Assembly (NCBI GenBank): GCA_009914755.4
Contig: CP068257.2
Coordinates: forward strand, 26,144,001-26,208,000
DNA: 64,000 nt
From: the human T2T-CHM13v2.0 reference genome, Homo sapiens
Reading direction: 5' to 3'
Part shown: positions 1 to 12,508 of the stretch, piece by piece
Position numbering within the stretch: the stretch's first letter is position 1
Layout: each line of letters starts with the position of its first letter
Made by a program: the position numbers and the translations under genes
Notes under the pieces: generated by a model
Told to the model about the DNA's origin: nothing
Database searches by the model: none
Seen by the model: the letters and a program-made list of their open reading frames with translations, nothing else

Positions 1-2878
1 TTTAAATATATATATGCACCCAACGCTGGAGATCCACACATATAAAGCAAATATTATTATAATTAAAGAGAGTAACAGATCTCACTACAATAATATCTAG
101 AGATATCAATACCCCACTTTCAGCATTTGACAGATCTTCTAGACCGAAAATCAACAAAGAAACATTGGACTTAATCTGTACTATGAACAAATGAACTTAA
201 TAGACATTAACAGGACATTTCAGCCAATGGCTGCAGAATACACATTCTTTTCCTCAGCACATGAATTATTGTCAAGGAGAGATCATATATTAGGTCAATA
301 AACAAGTCTTAAAATATTTGAAAAAAAAAAATGAAATAATACCAAGCATCTTCTCTGACCACAATGGAATAAAACTAGAAATGAATAACAAGGGGAATTT
401 TAAAAACTATATATAAACAGTGGAAATTAAACAATATGCTCCTGAATGACTAGTGGGTCAATGAAGAAATTAAGAAGAAAATTGAAAAATTTCTGGGAAC
501 AAATGACAATGGGAACACAACATACCAAAACCTACGGGAAAAAGTGAAAGCAGTACTAAGAGGGAAATGTATTGCTAGTTATAACTGCTTACATCAAAAA
601 AGAAAAAAAAAATCAAATAACCTAACGATGAGTTTTAAAGAACTAGAAAAGCAAGAGCAAACCAAACACCAAATTAGTAGAATCAATGAAATAATAAAGA
701 CGAGAGCAGAAACAAACATATTTGAAATAAAAAACAATACAAAATTTAATGAAGTGAAAAGTTGTTTTTTGAAAATATAAATAAAACTGGCAAATCTTTA
801 GTCAGACTAATTAAGAAAAAGAGAGAGAGAGAGAGAAGACCCAAATAAATAAAATCAGAGATGAAGAAGGGGGCATTATAACTGACATTGCAAAAAGTCA
901 AAGGAACATTAGTGGCTACTGTTAGCAACTTTGTGCAAACAAATTAAAAAACCTAGATGAAATAGATAAATTCCTAGAAACATGCAACCTACCAGGATCA
1001 AGCCATGAAGAAATTCAGAACCTGAGCAGACCAAGAACAAGTAATGAGATTGAAGCCATAATAAAAAAGCTCCCAGTAAAGAAAAGGCCAGGATCTGATA
1101 CCTTCACTGCTGTATTCTACAAAAGATTTAAATAACTAATACCAATGCTACCCAAGCTGTTCCAAAAAATAGAGGGTGAAGGAACACTTCCAGTATTTCT
1201 TATTCTACAAGGCCACTATTATCCTGATACGAAAGCCAGACAAGGACATATTAAGAAAAAAAATTACAAGCCAATATCACTGATGAATATAGATGTAAAT
1301 ATCATCAGCATAATACTAGCAAACTAACTTAAACAGTACATTTAAAAGGTCATCCATCATGACCAGTGAGATTTATCCCAGGGATGCTAAGATGGTTCAA
1401 CATACACAAATCAATCAATGTGATACATCATATCAATAGATGGAAGAACAAAAAGCATATGATAATTTCAACTGATGCTGAAAAGCCATTTGATAAAATT
1501 CAACATTCCTTCATGATAAAAAAAAAAAAACTTTAAAAACTGGGTATAGAAGGATCATATTTCAACATAATTAAAGCCATATATGATGGAACGACAGCTA
1601 GTACCATTCTGAATGGTGAAAAACTGAAAGCCTTTTCTCTAAGATCTGTAACATGACAAGGATGCTAACTGTCACCATTGTTATTCAATGTAGTATTGGA
1701 AGTCCTAGCTAGAGCAATCAAACAAGAGAAATAAATAAAGGACATCCAAATTGAACTGCAAGAAGTCAAATTATCCTTATTTGCAGATGATATTATCTTA
1801 CATTTGGAAAAACCTAGAGACTCCACCAAAAATCTATTAGAATTGATAAACATATTCAGTAAAGTTGCAGAGTACAAAATCAATATACAAATGTCAGTGA
1901 CATTTTTATATGCCAACAATGAACAATCAGAAAAAGAAATGAAGAAAGTAATCTCATTTACAATAGATACAAATAAAATAAAAGACCTAGGTATTAACCA
2001 AAGAAGTGAAAGATCTCTATAATCAAAATTACAGAACACTGATGAAAACAATTGAAGAGGACACAAAAAGGGAGGTATTCTCTGTTTATAGATTGCAAGA
2101 ATCAATATCATTAAAATGTCCATATTACAAAGCAATATACAGATTCAATTCAAATTCCTATCAAAATATAAATGACATTCTTCAAAGACATAGAAAAAAA
2201 TGGTAAAATTTATATGGAAACTCAAAAGACCCAAGATATCAAAAGCTATCCTGAGCAAACAGAACAAAACTGGAGGAATCACATTACCTGACTCCAAATT
2301 CTACTACAGAGCTATAGTAACCAAAACAGCATGGCGTTAACATAAAAACAGACACACAGGTGAATGGAACAGAAGAGAGAACCCAGAAACAAATCCATAC
2401 ACCTATGGTGAATTCATTTTTAATAAATGTGCCAAGAACATTCATTGGAGAAAAGACAGTCTCTTCAATAAATGGTGCTGGGAAAACTGGGTATGCATAT
2501 GTAGAAAAATGAAATTTGACCTCTATCACTTGCCATGTACAAAGAACAAGTCAAAATGGATTAAAGACTTAAAAGTGAGACCTCAAACTATGAAACTACT
2601 ACAATAAATCATTGGAGGAAATATCCAGGACATTGGTCTGGGCCAAAATTTCTTGAGAAATACCCCACAATCACAGGCAACGAAAGCAAAAATGGACAAA
2701 TGGGATCACATTCAGTTAAAAAACATTCTGCATTGCAAAGAAAAACGTCAACAAAGTGAAGAGCTAACCCGCAGAATGGGAAAAAATATTTGCAAATTAT
2801 CCATCTGACAAAAGACTAATAAGCAGAATATATAAGTAGCTCAAATAACTCTCTAGGAAAACCTAATAACCCCATTAA
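1..2878 (+). mobile_element. L1 (LINE-1) ORF2 fragment, older primate/mammalian subfamily (L1PB/L1MA-like). It runs from the mid-endonuclease domain through the RT domain (FADD motif near 1780-1795) to the C-terminal ISRIYK region. Its 5' end continues beyond the window start and it is 3'-truncated at about 2878, where L1 similarity stops.
   Basis: Plus-strand translations match L1 ORF2 in order: LNIYAPN...; KAVLRGK.IA.N..KRK at 544-780; LFADD...KVAEYKINIQ at 1780-1900; NKWCWENW...WIKDLKV, read from the minus-strand ORF at 2284-2529 on the opposite frame; and ISRIYK near 2820-2840. Frameshifts and stops are frequent. Confidence 0.85.
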
Positions 2879-3371
2879 AGCTTATTTCTTGCATATTTAA
2901 TGATAAATTTAACTTACATGAACAAATAAAGTTTAAACCTTGCTTAATAATATGGTAGTAATGATAGTAACATATTTGTGAGATAAAATTCTATTTATTT
3001 TTGTTTTTATCTGATAATGTAACATTGTATCCCTATCAGGCATGAAATACTCTGATAATTTTTCATCAGACTCCAGATAGTACCTGTAGTTCTAACCCTG
3101 ACCTACAAGACTGCAAGACTGTAGTCCCAGGCAACCTCTCAGATCTCTACGCTCCCTCATTCAATGCTGGCCACACAGGTCTTCGTGTCAGACCAGCCTC
3201 CACGCTGAGGCCCATCATAGGTTTCAATTCCTCAGCCAGAAAAATCATCCTTCAGAATCAATTACACAGTTCCCTCTCTTCCTGAGTACTCTAATTCTCC
3301 CCTGACCTTTGCTGAAACTTTCCCTAAAATTTATCCCATCCTTCTCTACTCTCTGTTTTATGTCAGCATAG

Positions 3372-3764
3372 TTGCTGTAGCATTCCATTCTCACACTGCT
3401 ATGAAGAACTACCTGAGCCTGGGTAACTTAAAATGAAAAGAGGTTTAATTGGCTCATGGTTTCACAGGCTGTACAGGAAGCATGGCTGGGGAGGCCTCAG
3501 GAAACCTTCAAACATGGCAGAAGACAAAGGGAGACCAGCACATCCTACAGAGCTGGAGCAGGAGGAAGAGGGCAAAGTAGGAGGTGCTACACAGTTTTAA
3601 ACAACAAGATCTCATGAGAACTCACTATATCAAGAACACCAAGGGAATATCCACCCTGGTAATCCAATTACCTCCCACCAGGCCCCTCCACCGACATTGG
3701 AGATTACAATTTAACATAATATTTGGCAGGGACAGAAATCCAAACCATAACAGTGGCTCATCAC
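3372..3764 (-). mobile_element. MaLR-type solo LTR (THE1/MST/MLT1-like), reverse orientation
   Basis: It matches, as reverse complement, the THE1/MST LTR consensus remembered from Repbase: ...gaggtttaattggctcatggtttcacaggctg...catggctggggaggcctcaggaaac...atctcatgagaactcactat...tacctcccaccaggcccctcc...attacaatt...ccaaaccataaca. The TG...CA ends are degraded. Confidence 0.6.
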
Positions 3765-3818
3765 TAACTGTTCATATTCTATGTTTATTTTTACTCTTTC
3801 TCCTAGTCACTGAAATGC

Positions 3819-3858
<40 letters not shown>
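3819..3858. repeat. (CA)n microsatellite, about 18 units
   Basis: Direct reading: cacacacaca...caaacaca. Confidence 0.97.
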
Positions 3859-4439
3859 ATCTTTAAAATCAGCTTCAAATCAGAACTCTAACTGTCCAGT
3901 GAGAAAAATGAAATACACAAATTAGTATCATCTCAGCATCACTCTACCACGTTGATTACACTGAGATTGTTTTCTTTTCCTCTTGTCTTCTTCTCTTCTC
4001 GTCTTTCTTTTTTTCTGTGGGACCACTGTCTTCCCTTAGCTTCTGTTACAATTCTTTTAGGACTCTGTGAGTGCTTCTTTGGCACCGTTAAATCTTGGGA
4101 TCTATGTTCAAAAGGGTCCAGAATCTAATAATATTACACCATTTTTCCTGCTAACATTCTGGTACAAACCACTATCATCTGTCAGCTGAATAACATTACC
4201 TTAAGCATTTTTCCTTCTGCAATCTACGCAAACTACAGTCTATCTCAACAGAACAGGCAATGTAAACTTTTATAAATATAAGTCAGCTCAGGTAACTGTT
4301 TGGCTCAGAATGGCTTCCCTGTTCACTCAAATTAAGAGCCCAAATCCTTGCTACGACCTGTGTACTTGGCCTAAGTCATTGTTTATTCTCAGATCTCATC
4401 TGCTTTTCTCCTACTTGCTCTGTCCACTATAAACACACA

Positions 4440-4830
4440 TTTCCAGGTATTCTTCAGTCTAAGGCTTCTGAACCTACTGTTTTTTTCTCCCCCCAATATT
4501 CACATTGTTAGATGTCACACCTGCTTCAGAACTTTTCTCAAGTATTACCTTCTCAGCCAGGGTTTCCCTAACCCTTATTTTAAAAATTATAACCTCTCCT
4601 CTCCTCCTGACACTAAGTACTCTATTCCCTTTTCCTGCTTTATTTTTCTTTCTCACATATACCACCTTCTAACATTTACTGTATCTTACCTTTTTATAAG
4701 AGGTAAGCTTCATAAGGTAAATTTGTGTTGTTTATAGTTCTAGTACCAGGACATACAACAAAGCCTGGAATATAGGAAGTGTTCAATAAATACTTTTTGG
4801 ATAAATGAATGAACAAATAAATGAATACCC
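4440..4830 (+). mobile_element. Ancient mammalian interspersed repeat (MaLR MLT1-like LTR or MIR-like tail). Subfamily not assigned.
   Basis: Characteristic segments: ...tctcagccagggtttccctaaccc..., ...ccttttcctgctttatttttctttctcacatataccacc..., and the terminal gtgttcaataaatactttttggataaatgaatgaa tail typical of old LTR/MIR-type repeats. Confidence 0.4.
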
Positions 4831-5173
4831 AGAAACAAGGAAATTGAAGACATAAGAGGAAAAGCCCTCTATTAAATAAAAGTTTGAACTGTACCCAAAT
4901 AAATCATACATTTATTGGTGGGAAAATTGGTTGCTTTATAATTAAGTTTAATATATCCTGTGTATTATAATCACAATTTTATTTGAAATGGATATTTTAA
5001 TTTAACTCAAGTTGTTGTAAGCTAAATGGCTCATGTGCTCCTCATTAGGAGATGAAATTTCATCAGTTTTCTCAAAAGTTTTGCTTTCCTTACCTGATCC
5101 ACTTAGTAATCAGTTAGGCAATTAAGACAATTAATTGAGAAGTGGGTAAAAAAATACTAACAATATGACTTTT

Positions 5174-5196
5174 GTGTGCGTGTGTGTGTGTGTGTG
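5174..5196. repeat. (GT)n microsatellite
   Basis: gtgtgcgtgtgtgtgtgtgtgtg. Confidence 0.95.
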
Positions 5197-5397
5197 GTAG
5201 AAAATCCTGATTATTGACAATGGAAAACTACCTAGAAAATTAGGAAAAATCTATCTAGGCATTTACATAACAGAAAGTCATGTCCTTTTTCAAGCCAGTA
5301 CTTTACAAGGAATACCTTAAATTTATCCAAACTCATACAGTCCCAAACTAAAAGTCATGACTCAGGGTTCTAGTGCTGACTCTACTATCGAGGTGGC

Positions 5398-5809
5398 TGA
5401 CATAGTTTGTATGTTTGTCATCTCCAGCTTTCCTGTTGAGATGTGATCCCCAGTGTTGGAGGTGGGACCTAGTGGGAGGTGTTTTTGTCATGGGGGTGGA
5501 TATGCCATGAATGGCTTGGTATTGTCCCTTAGTAATGAGTAAATTCTCCCTCTATCAATTTCCATGAGATCTTGTGGTTAAGAGAGAGGCACCTTCTTCC
5601 CCTTTTTTGCTGTCTCTCAGTATGTTACAAGCAAGCTTCGCTTGGCTTCCACTATGAGTAAATGCTTCCTGAGGTCCTGACCAGAATCAGATGTTGGTGC
5701 CATGCTTCTTGTACAGCCTGCAAAACCATAAGCCAAATAAACCTCTTTTTCGTTATAAATTACCCAGCCTCAGGTATTTCTTCATAGCAAAGGGAAATGA
5801 ACTAATACA
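5398..5809 (+). mobile_element. MaLR-type solo LTR (THE1/MST-like), forward orientation
   Basis: It starts with tgacatagtttgtatgtttgtcatctccagc...gagatgtgatccccagtgttggaggtgggacctagtgggaggtg (compare the remembered THE1 5' consensus TGATATGGTTTGGCTGTGTCCCCACCC...GGGAGGGACC.GGTGGGAGGT). It ends ...aaataaacctctttttcgttataaattacccagcctcaggtatttcttcatagcaaagggaaatgaactaataca. Confidence 0.7.
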
Positions 5810-8577
5810 GTGGCCATAGCCAAGTATATTGATCAGATTCCATTTAACTATTAATAAATTGTTTGACCAATAAATTATCAGATATATACCATGGGCCAGT
5901 AAATGGATATCTTGCTATAGATTGGGCATTCTATACACTTAATTAAGCAAGGACCATGCTCTTCATATGATAAATTCCTACACTCAATGTTTAGTCCCCT
6001 TGGGCAAAATGAGATACAGAATATAAGCTGTAATAGGAAGAACTACATGGTATATGTTCACATGGACTTTGGAGTCAGGTGAGTCATACTGTTTGTCCCA
6101 ACTTACTCTCTTTTAATTGTGCAATAGGAAAGTCCCTTTATATTTTTTTGCAGAAAATTTTGTTATGTTTAAATGTGAATAATTGTATCTATTTCATATT
6201 AGTCTTTTACATAATAAATATATGCAGAACACTTATAGTGCCAGAGAAAATAAATACCCAATGTATGGTATAGCTACAGCCCTGATCCCATTCCTCCTGA
6301 GACCTCCCAACAGGGATCTCCAGCCATCTAATCCAGGCACATTCAGGTCAGCAACAGATCAGTACCCCTCTGGGACAGAGAGCTTCCAGAGGAAGGAGTA
6401 GGCTGCCATATTTGCCATTTCACAGCCTTCACTGGTGATACCTCCAGGTAGGGAAAAATTCGAGGCAACTAGGCTCTGGAGTGGACCTTCAGCAAACCAT
6501 AGCAGCCTTATAGAAGAGTGGCCTGACTGTTAAAAGAAAAACAAACAAACAGAAAACAAAAACAGCATCAACAAAAAATACTCCACAAAAACCCTATTCA
6601 AAGGTCAGTAACCTCAAAGATCAAAGGTAAGTAAGTCCACAAAGATGAGAAAGAATCAACACAAAACAACAAAAACTCAAAAAGCCAGAATGCCTTTTAT
6701 CCTCTAAATGCCTACAACACCTCTTCAGCAAAAATACAGAATTGGGCAGAGGCTGAGATAGCTGAATTGACAGAATTAGGCTTCTGAAGGTGGGTAATAA
6801 CAAAGTTCACTGAGCTAAAGGAGCATGTTGTAATCCAATACAAAGAAGCTAAGAATCATAATAAAACAATACAGGAGCAGATAGCCATAATAGCCAGTTT
6901 AAAGAGGGACATAACCAACCTGATGGAGATGAAAAACACAACATGGGAAATTCACAATTCAATCACAAGTATCAATAGCAGATTAGAACAAGCAGAGGAA
7001 AGAATCTCAGAGCTTGAAGACCATCTTTCTGAAATAAGGCAGGCAGACAAGAATAAAGGAAAAAAGAATGAAAAGGAATAAACGAAACTTCTGAGATACA
7101 TGGAATTATGTAAAACGACTGAACCTATGACTGATTGGGGTACCTGAAAGAGAGGGAAAGAACAGAACCAAGTGGGAAAACATACTTCAAAATATCATCC
7201 AGAAGAACTTCCCCAACCTGGCAAGACAGGCTAACATTCAAATTCACGAAATCCAAAGAACCCCAGTAAGATACTCCATGAGAAGATCAACCCCAAGAGA
7301 CATAATCTTCAGATTCTCCAAGGTCGAAATGAAAGAAAAGGTATTACAGGCAGCCAGAGAGAAAGAACAGGTCACCTATAAAGGGAAGCTCATCAGACTA
7401 ACAGTGGACCTCTCAGCAGAAACCCTATGAGCCAGAAGAGAATGGGGGCCAATATTCAACATTCTTTAAAAAAAAAATGTCCAAATCAGAATTCATATCC
7501 AGCCAACCTAAGATGCATAAATGAAGAAAAAAATAAGATCCTTTTCAGGCAAGCAAATACTGAGGGAACTTGTCACCATCAAGCCTGCCTTGTAAGAGCT
7601 CCTGAAGGAAGCACAAAATATGGAAAGGAAAAACCATTACCAGCCACTAAAAAACACACTGAAGCACACAGACCACTGACACTATGAAGCAACCACATAA
7701 ACAAGTCTGCAAAATAACCAGCTAGCATCATGATGACAAGATCAAACTCACACATAACAATATTCACCTTAAATGGGCTGAATGCTCCAATTTAAAGACA
7801 CTGAATGGCAAGCTGGATAAAGAGCCAGACCCATGGGTATGCTGTCTTCAAAAGACCCATCTCATGTGCAAAGACACACATGGGCTCAAAATAAAGGGAT
7901 AGAAGCAAATTAACCAAGCAAATGGAAAACAGAAAAAAAGTAGGAGTTGCAGTCCTAGTTTCTAACAAAACAGACTTTAAACCAACAAAGATCAAAAAAG
8001 ACAAAGAACGGCATTAAATAATGGTAAAGGCTTCAATTCAACAAGAAGAGCTAACTATCATAAATATATGTGCACCTAATACAGGAACATGCCGATTCAC
8101 AAAGCAAGTTATTAGAGACATACAAGAGACTTAGATTTCCACAAAATAATAGTGGGAGACTTTAACACCCCACTGACAATATTAGACAGATCATTGAGAG
8201 ACAGAATTAACAAGTCATTCAGGACCTGAACTAAATTCTGGATCAAGTGGATCTGATAGATATCTACAGAACTCTCCACCGCAAAACAACAGAATATACA
8301 TGCTTCTCATTGCCACATATCACTTACTCTAAAATTGAACACATAGTAGGAAGTAAAATATGCTTCAGAAAAAGCAAAGGAACTGAAATAATAACAAACA
8401 GTCTCTCAGACCACAGCACAATCAAATTATAACTCAAGATTAAGAAATTCACCCAAAACCACATGACAACATGGAAACAGAACAACCTGCTCCTGAATGA
8501 CCCTTGGGTAAATAATGACATTAAGGCAGAAATCAAGAAGTTATTTGAAACTAATGATAACAATAATACAACATACC

Positions 8578-9027
8578 TGTATTAGTCAGGGTTCTCTAGA
8601 GGGGCAGAGCTAATAGGATTAATGTATATATAAAGGTGAGTTTATTAAGGAACATTGACTCACATGATCACAAGGTGAGGTCCCACAATAGGCTGTCTGT
8701 AAGCTGAGAATCAAGGAAGCCAGTCTGAGTCCCAAAGGTGAAGAACTTTGAGTCTCATGTTCGAAGACAGGAAGCATCCACACAGGAGAAAGATGAAGGC
8801 CAGAAGATTAAACCAGTCTAGTCTTTTCATGTTATTCTGCCTGCTTTTATTCTGGCCACACTGACAGCTGATTACACTGTGCCCACCCAGATTGAGGGTG
8901 GGTCTGTCTTTCCAAGTCCACTGACTTAAATGTTAAACTCCTTTGGCAACATCCTCAGAGACACATCCAGGAACAATACTTTGCCTCTTTCAATCCAATC
9001 AAGTTAACACTCAATATTAACCATCAC
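8578..9027 (+). mobile_element. ERVL-type solo LTR (MLT2-like) nested inside L1 ORF2
   Basis: It starts with TGtattagtcagggttctctagagg..., matching the remembered MLT2 5' end tgtattagtcagggttctccagagaaacagaacc. Internal matches: ...ccacccagattgagggtgggtct...tccactgacttaaatgttaa.... It ends ...caagttaacactcaatattaaccatcac, matching the remembered 3' end gtcaagttgacacataaaattaaccatcaCA. L1 ORF2 reads continuously across it (...acaacatacc | LTR | tgtacc agaatctctggg...), implying a 4-5 bp target-site duplication (ATACC/GTACC). Confidence 0.6.
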
Positions 9028-9123
9028 TGTACCAGAATCTCTGGGATGCAGCTAAAGCAGTGTTAAAAGGGAAATTTACAGCACTAAATGCCTACATCAA
9101 AAAGCTAGAATGATCTCAAGTTA

Positions 9124-9609
<486 letters not shown>

Positions 9610-12477
9610 TCAAAAAAGTTAATAAACTAGATACACCACTAGCTAGACTAATAAAGTAGAAAAGAGAAAATAATTAAATAAACACAATAATAAATGATAA
9701 GGGGTCTATTACCACTGACTCCAGAGAAATACAAATAACCATCAGAAAATACTATAAACACCTCTTTGCAAATAAACTAGAAAATCTAGAAGAAATAGAA
9801 AAATTCCTGGACACATTCACCCTCTGAAGATCGAGCCAGGAAGAAACTGAATTCCTGAATTGATCAATAACAAGTTCTGAAATTGAAGCCATAATAAGTA
9901 GACGAACCAAAAAAGCCTAGGATGAGACTGATGCACAGCTGAATTCACCAGTGGCACAAAGAAGAGCTGGTACCTTGTATACTGAAACTATTTCAAAAAA
10001 TTGAAAAGGAGGGACTCCTGTCTAACTCATTCTATAAGGCCAACATCATCCTGATACCAAAGCCTGTCAGAGACACAAGAAAAAAAAAGAAAACTTCTGG
10101 CCAGTATCCCTGATGAACATCAATGCAAAAATCCTCAAAAAAATACTGGTAAACCAAATCCAGAAGTACATCAAAGAGCTTATCCACTATGATCAAGTTG
10201 GCTTTATCCCCAGGATGCAAGATTGGTTCAACATATGCAAATCAATAAATGTGATTCATCACATAAACAGAACTAAAGATTAAAAACTACATTATTATCT
10301 CAATAGACGCAGAAGAGGGCTTTGAAAAATTCAACACTCCTTCATGTTAAAAACTCTCAATAAACTAGATATTAAAGGAATATACCTCAAAATAATAAGA
10401 GCCATATATGACAAACCCACAGCCAATATCATACCAAATGAGCAAAAGCAGGAAGCATTTCCCTTAAAAACTGGCACAAGAGAAGGATGCCCTCTCTCTC
10501 CACTTCTATTTTACATAGTATTGGAAGTTCTGGCCAGAGCAATCATGCAAGAGAAAGAAATAAAGGGAATTCATTTAGGAAGAGAGGAAGTCAAACTGTC
10601 TCTGTTTGCAGATGACATGATCCTATATGTAGAAAATCCCATTGTCTTAGCCCAAAAGCTTCTTAAGCTGATAAGCAACATCAGCAAAGTCTCGGGATAC
10701 AAAATCAATTTGCAAAAATTGTTAGCATTTCTATACACCAACAACAGGCAAGCAGAGAGCCAAATCATGAATGAACTCCCATTCACAATTACCACAAAGA
10801 GAATAAAATACCTAGGAATACAACTAAGAAGAGAAGTGAAGGAACTTTTCAATGAGAACTATAAACCATTGCTCAAAGAAATCAGAGAAGACACAAACAA
10901 ATGGAAAAATATTCCATGCTCATGGATAGGAAGAATAAATATCGTGAAAATGGCCACACTGTCCAAAGTAATTTATAGATTAAATGCTATTTCCATTAAA
11001 CTACAATTGACATTCTTCACAGAATTAGAAAAAAAAATTTGTAAAATTTGTACGGAACCATAGAAGAGCCGAAATAGCCAAGACAATCTTAAGCAAAAAG
11101 AACAAAGCTAGAAACATCCTGCTATCCAACTTCAAACTATACTACTAGGCTACAGTAACCAAAACAGCATAGTACTGGTACAAGAAAAGACACATAGACC
11201 AATGAAACAGCAATGGGGAAACAATTTCTTATTTGATAAATGGTGCTGAGAGAACTGGCTAGCCATATGCAGAAAATTGAAACTGGACCGCTTCCTTACA
11301 CCATATGAACTAAAGATGATTAAAGACTTAAATATAAAACTCAAAAGTATAAAAACCCTGAAGAAGATCTAGACCATACCATTCAGAGCATAGGCACGGG
11401 CAAAGATTTCATGATGAAAACTCCACAAGAAATTGCAACAAATGCAAAAATTGACAAATGGGATCTAATTAAACTAAAGACCATCCACACAGCAAAAGAA
11501 ACTATCATCAGGGTGAACAGACAACCTACAGAATGAGAGAAAATTTTTGTAATCTGTCTATCTGACAAAGGTCTAATATACAGAGTCTACAGGAAACTTA
11601 AACAAATGTACAAGAAAAAAACAAACAAACCCATTAAAAAGTGGGCAAATGATATGGACAGACATACATGTGGCCAACAAACATATGAAAAAAAGCTCAA
11701 CATCACTGACCATTAGAGATATGCAAATCAAAACCACAGGGAGATACCATCTCACACAAGTTAGAATGGCCATTATTAAAAGTCAAGAAACAACAGACGC
11801 TGGCAAGGTTGCAGAGGAAAAGGAACACTTTTACACTGATGGTAGGAGCACACATTAGTTCAAACCATTGTGGAAGATAGTGTGGCAATTCCTTAAAGTC
11901 CTAGATGCAGAAATACCATTTGACCCAGCAATCCCATTATTGGGTATATACCCAAAGGGATATAAATCATTGTATTATAAAGACACAGGCACATGTATGT
12001 CCATTGAGCACTATTCACAATAGCAAAGACATGGAATCAACCTAAATGCCCATCAATGATAGACTCGATAAAGAAAATGTGGTACAATGCACCGTGGAAC
12101 ACTTTGCAGCCATAAAAAGAATGAGATAAAGAGATCATATTCTTTGCATGAACATGCATGGTGTTGGAAGCCATTATCCTCAAAAAACTAACGCAGGAAC
12201 AGAAAACCAAACTTTGTATGTTTGCACTTATAAGTGCGAGCTGAATGATGAGAACACACAGACACATGGGTGGTGGGGACAACACACACTGGGGCCTGTC
12301 AGAGGGTGGGAATGGGGGTAGGGAGAGCATCAGGAAGAATAGCTAATGGATGCTGGTCTTAACACCTAGGTGATGGAATGAACTGTGCGGCAAATCACCA
12401 AGGCACACCTACACCTATGTAACAAACCTGCACATCCTGCACATGCACCCCTGAACTTAAAATAATAGTTGAAAAAG

Positions 12478-12506
<29 letters not shown>
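12478..12506. repeat. (TA)n microsatellite forming the 3' tail of the L1
   Basis: tatatatatatatatatatatatatatat directly follows the L1 3'UTR end ...gaacttaaaataatagttgaaaaag. Confidence 0.95.

Positions 12507-12508
<2 letters not shown>

Noticed and set aside
10344-11063. 239-aa ORF with reverse-transcriptase motifs (FADD…), which could be taken for an RT gene or the RT of a novel defence-type system
   Set aside because: It is the RT domain of a decayed L1 ORF2. It is collinear with L1 ORF2 upstream and downstream, is flanked by L1 ORF1 and 3'UTR, and is interrupted by stops and frameshifts. It is not a free-standing RT gene.
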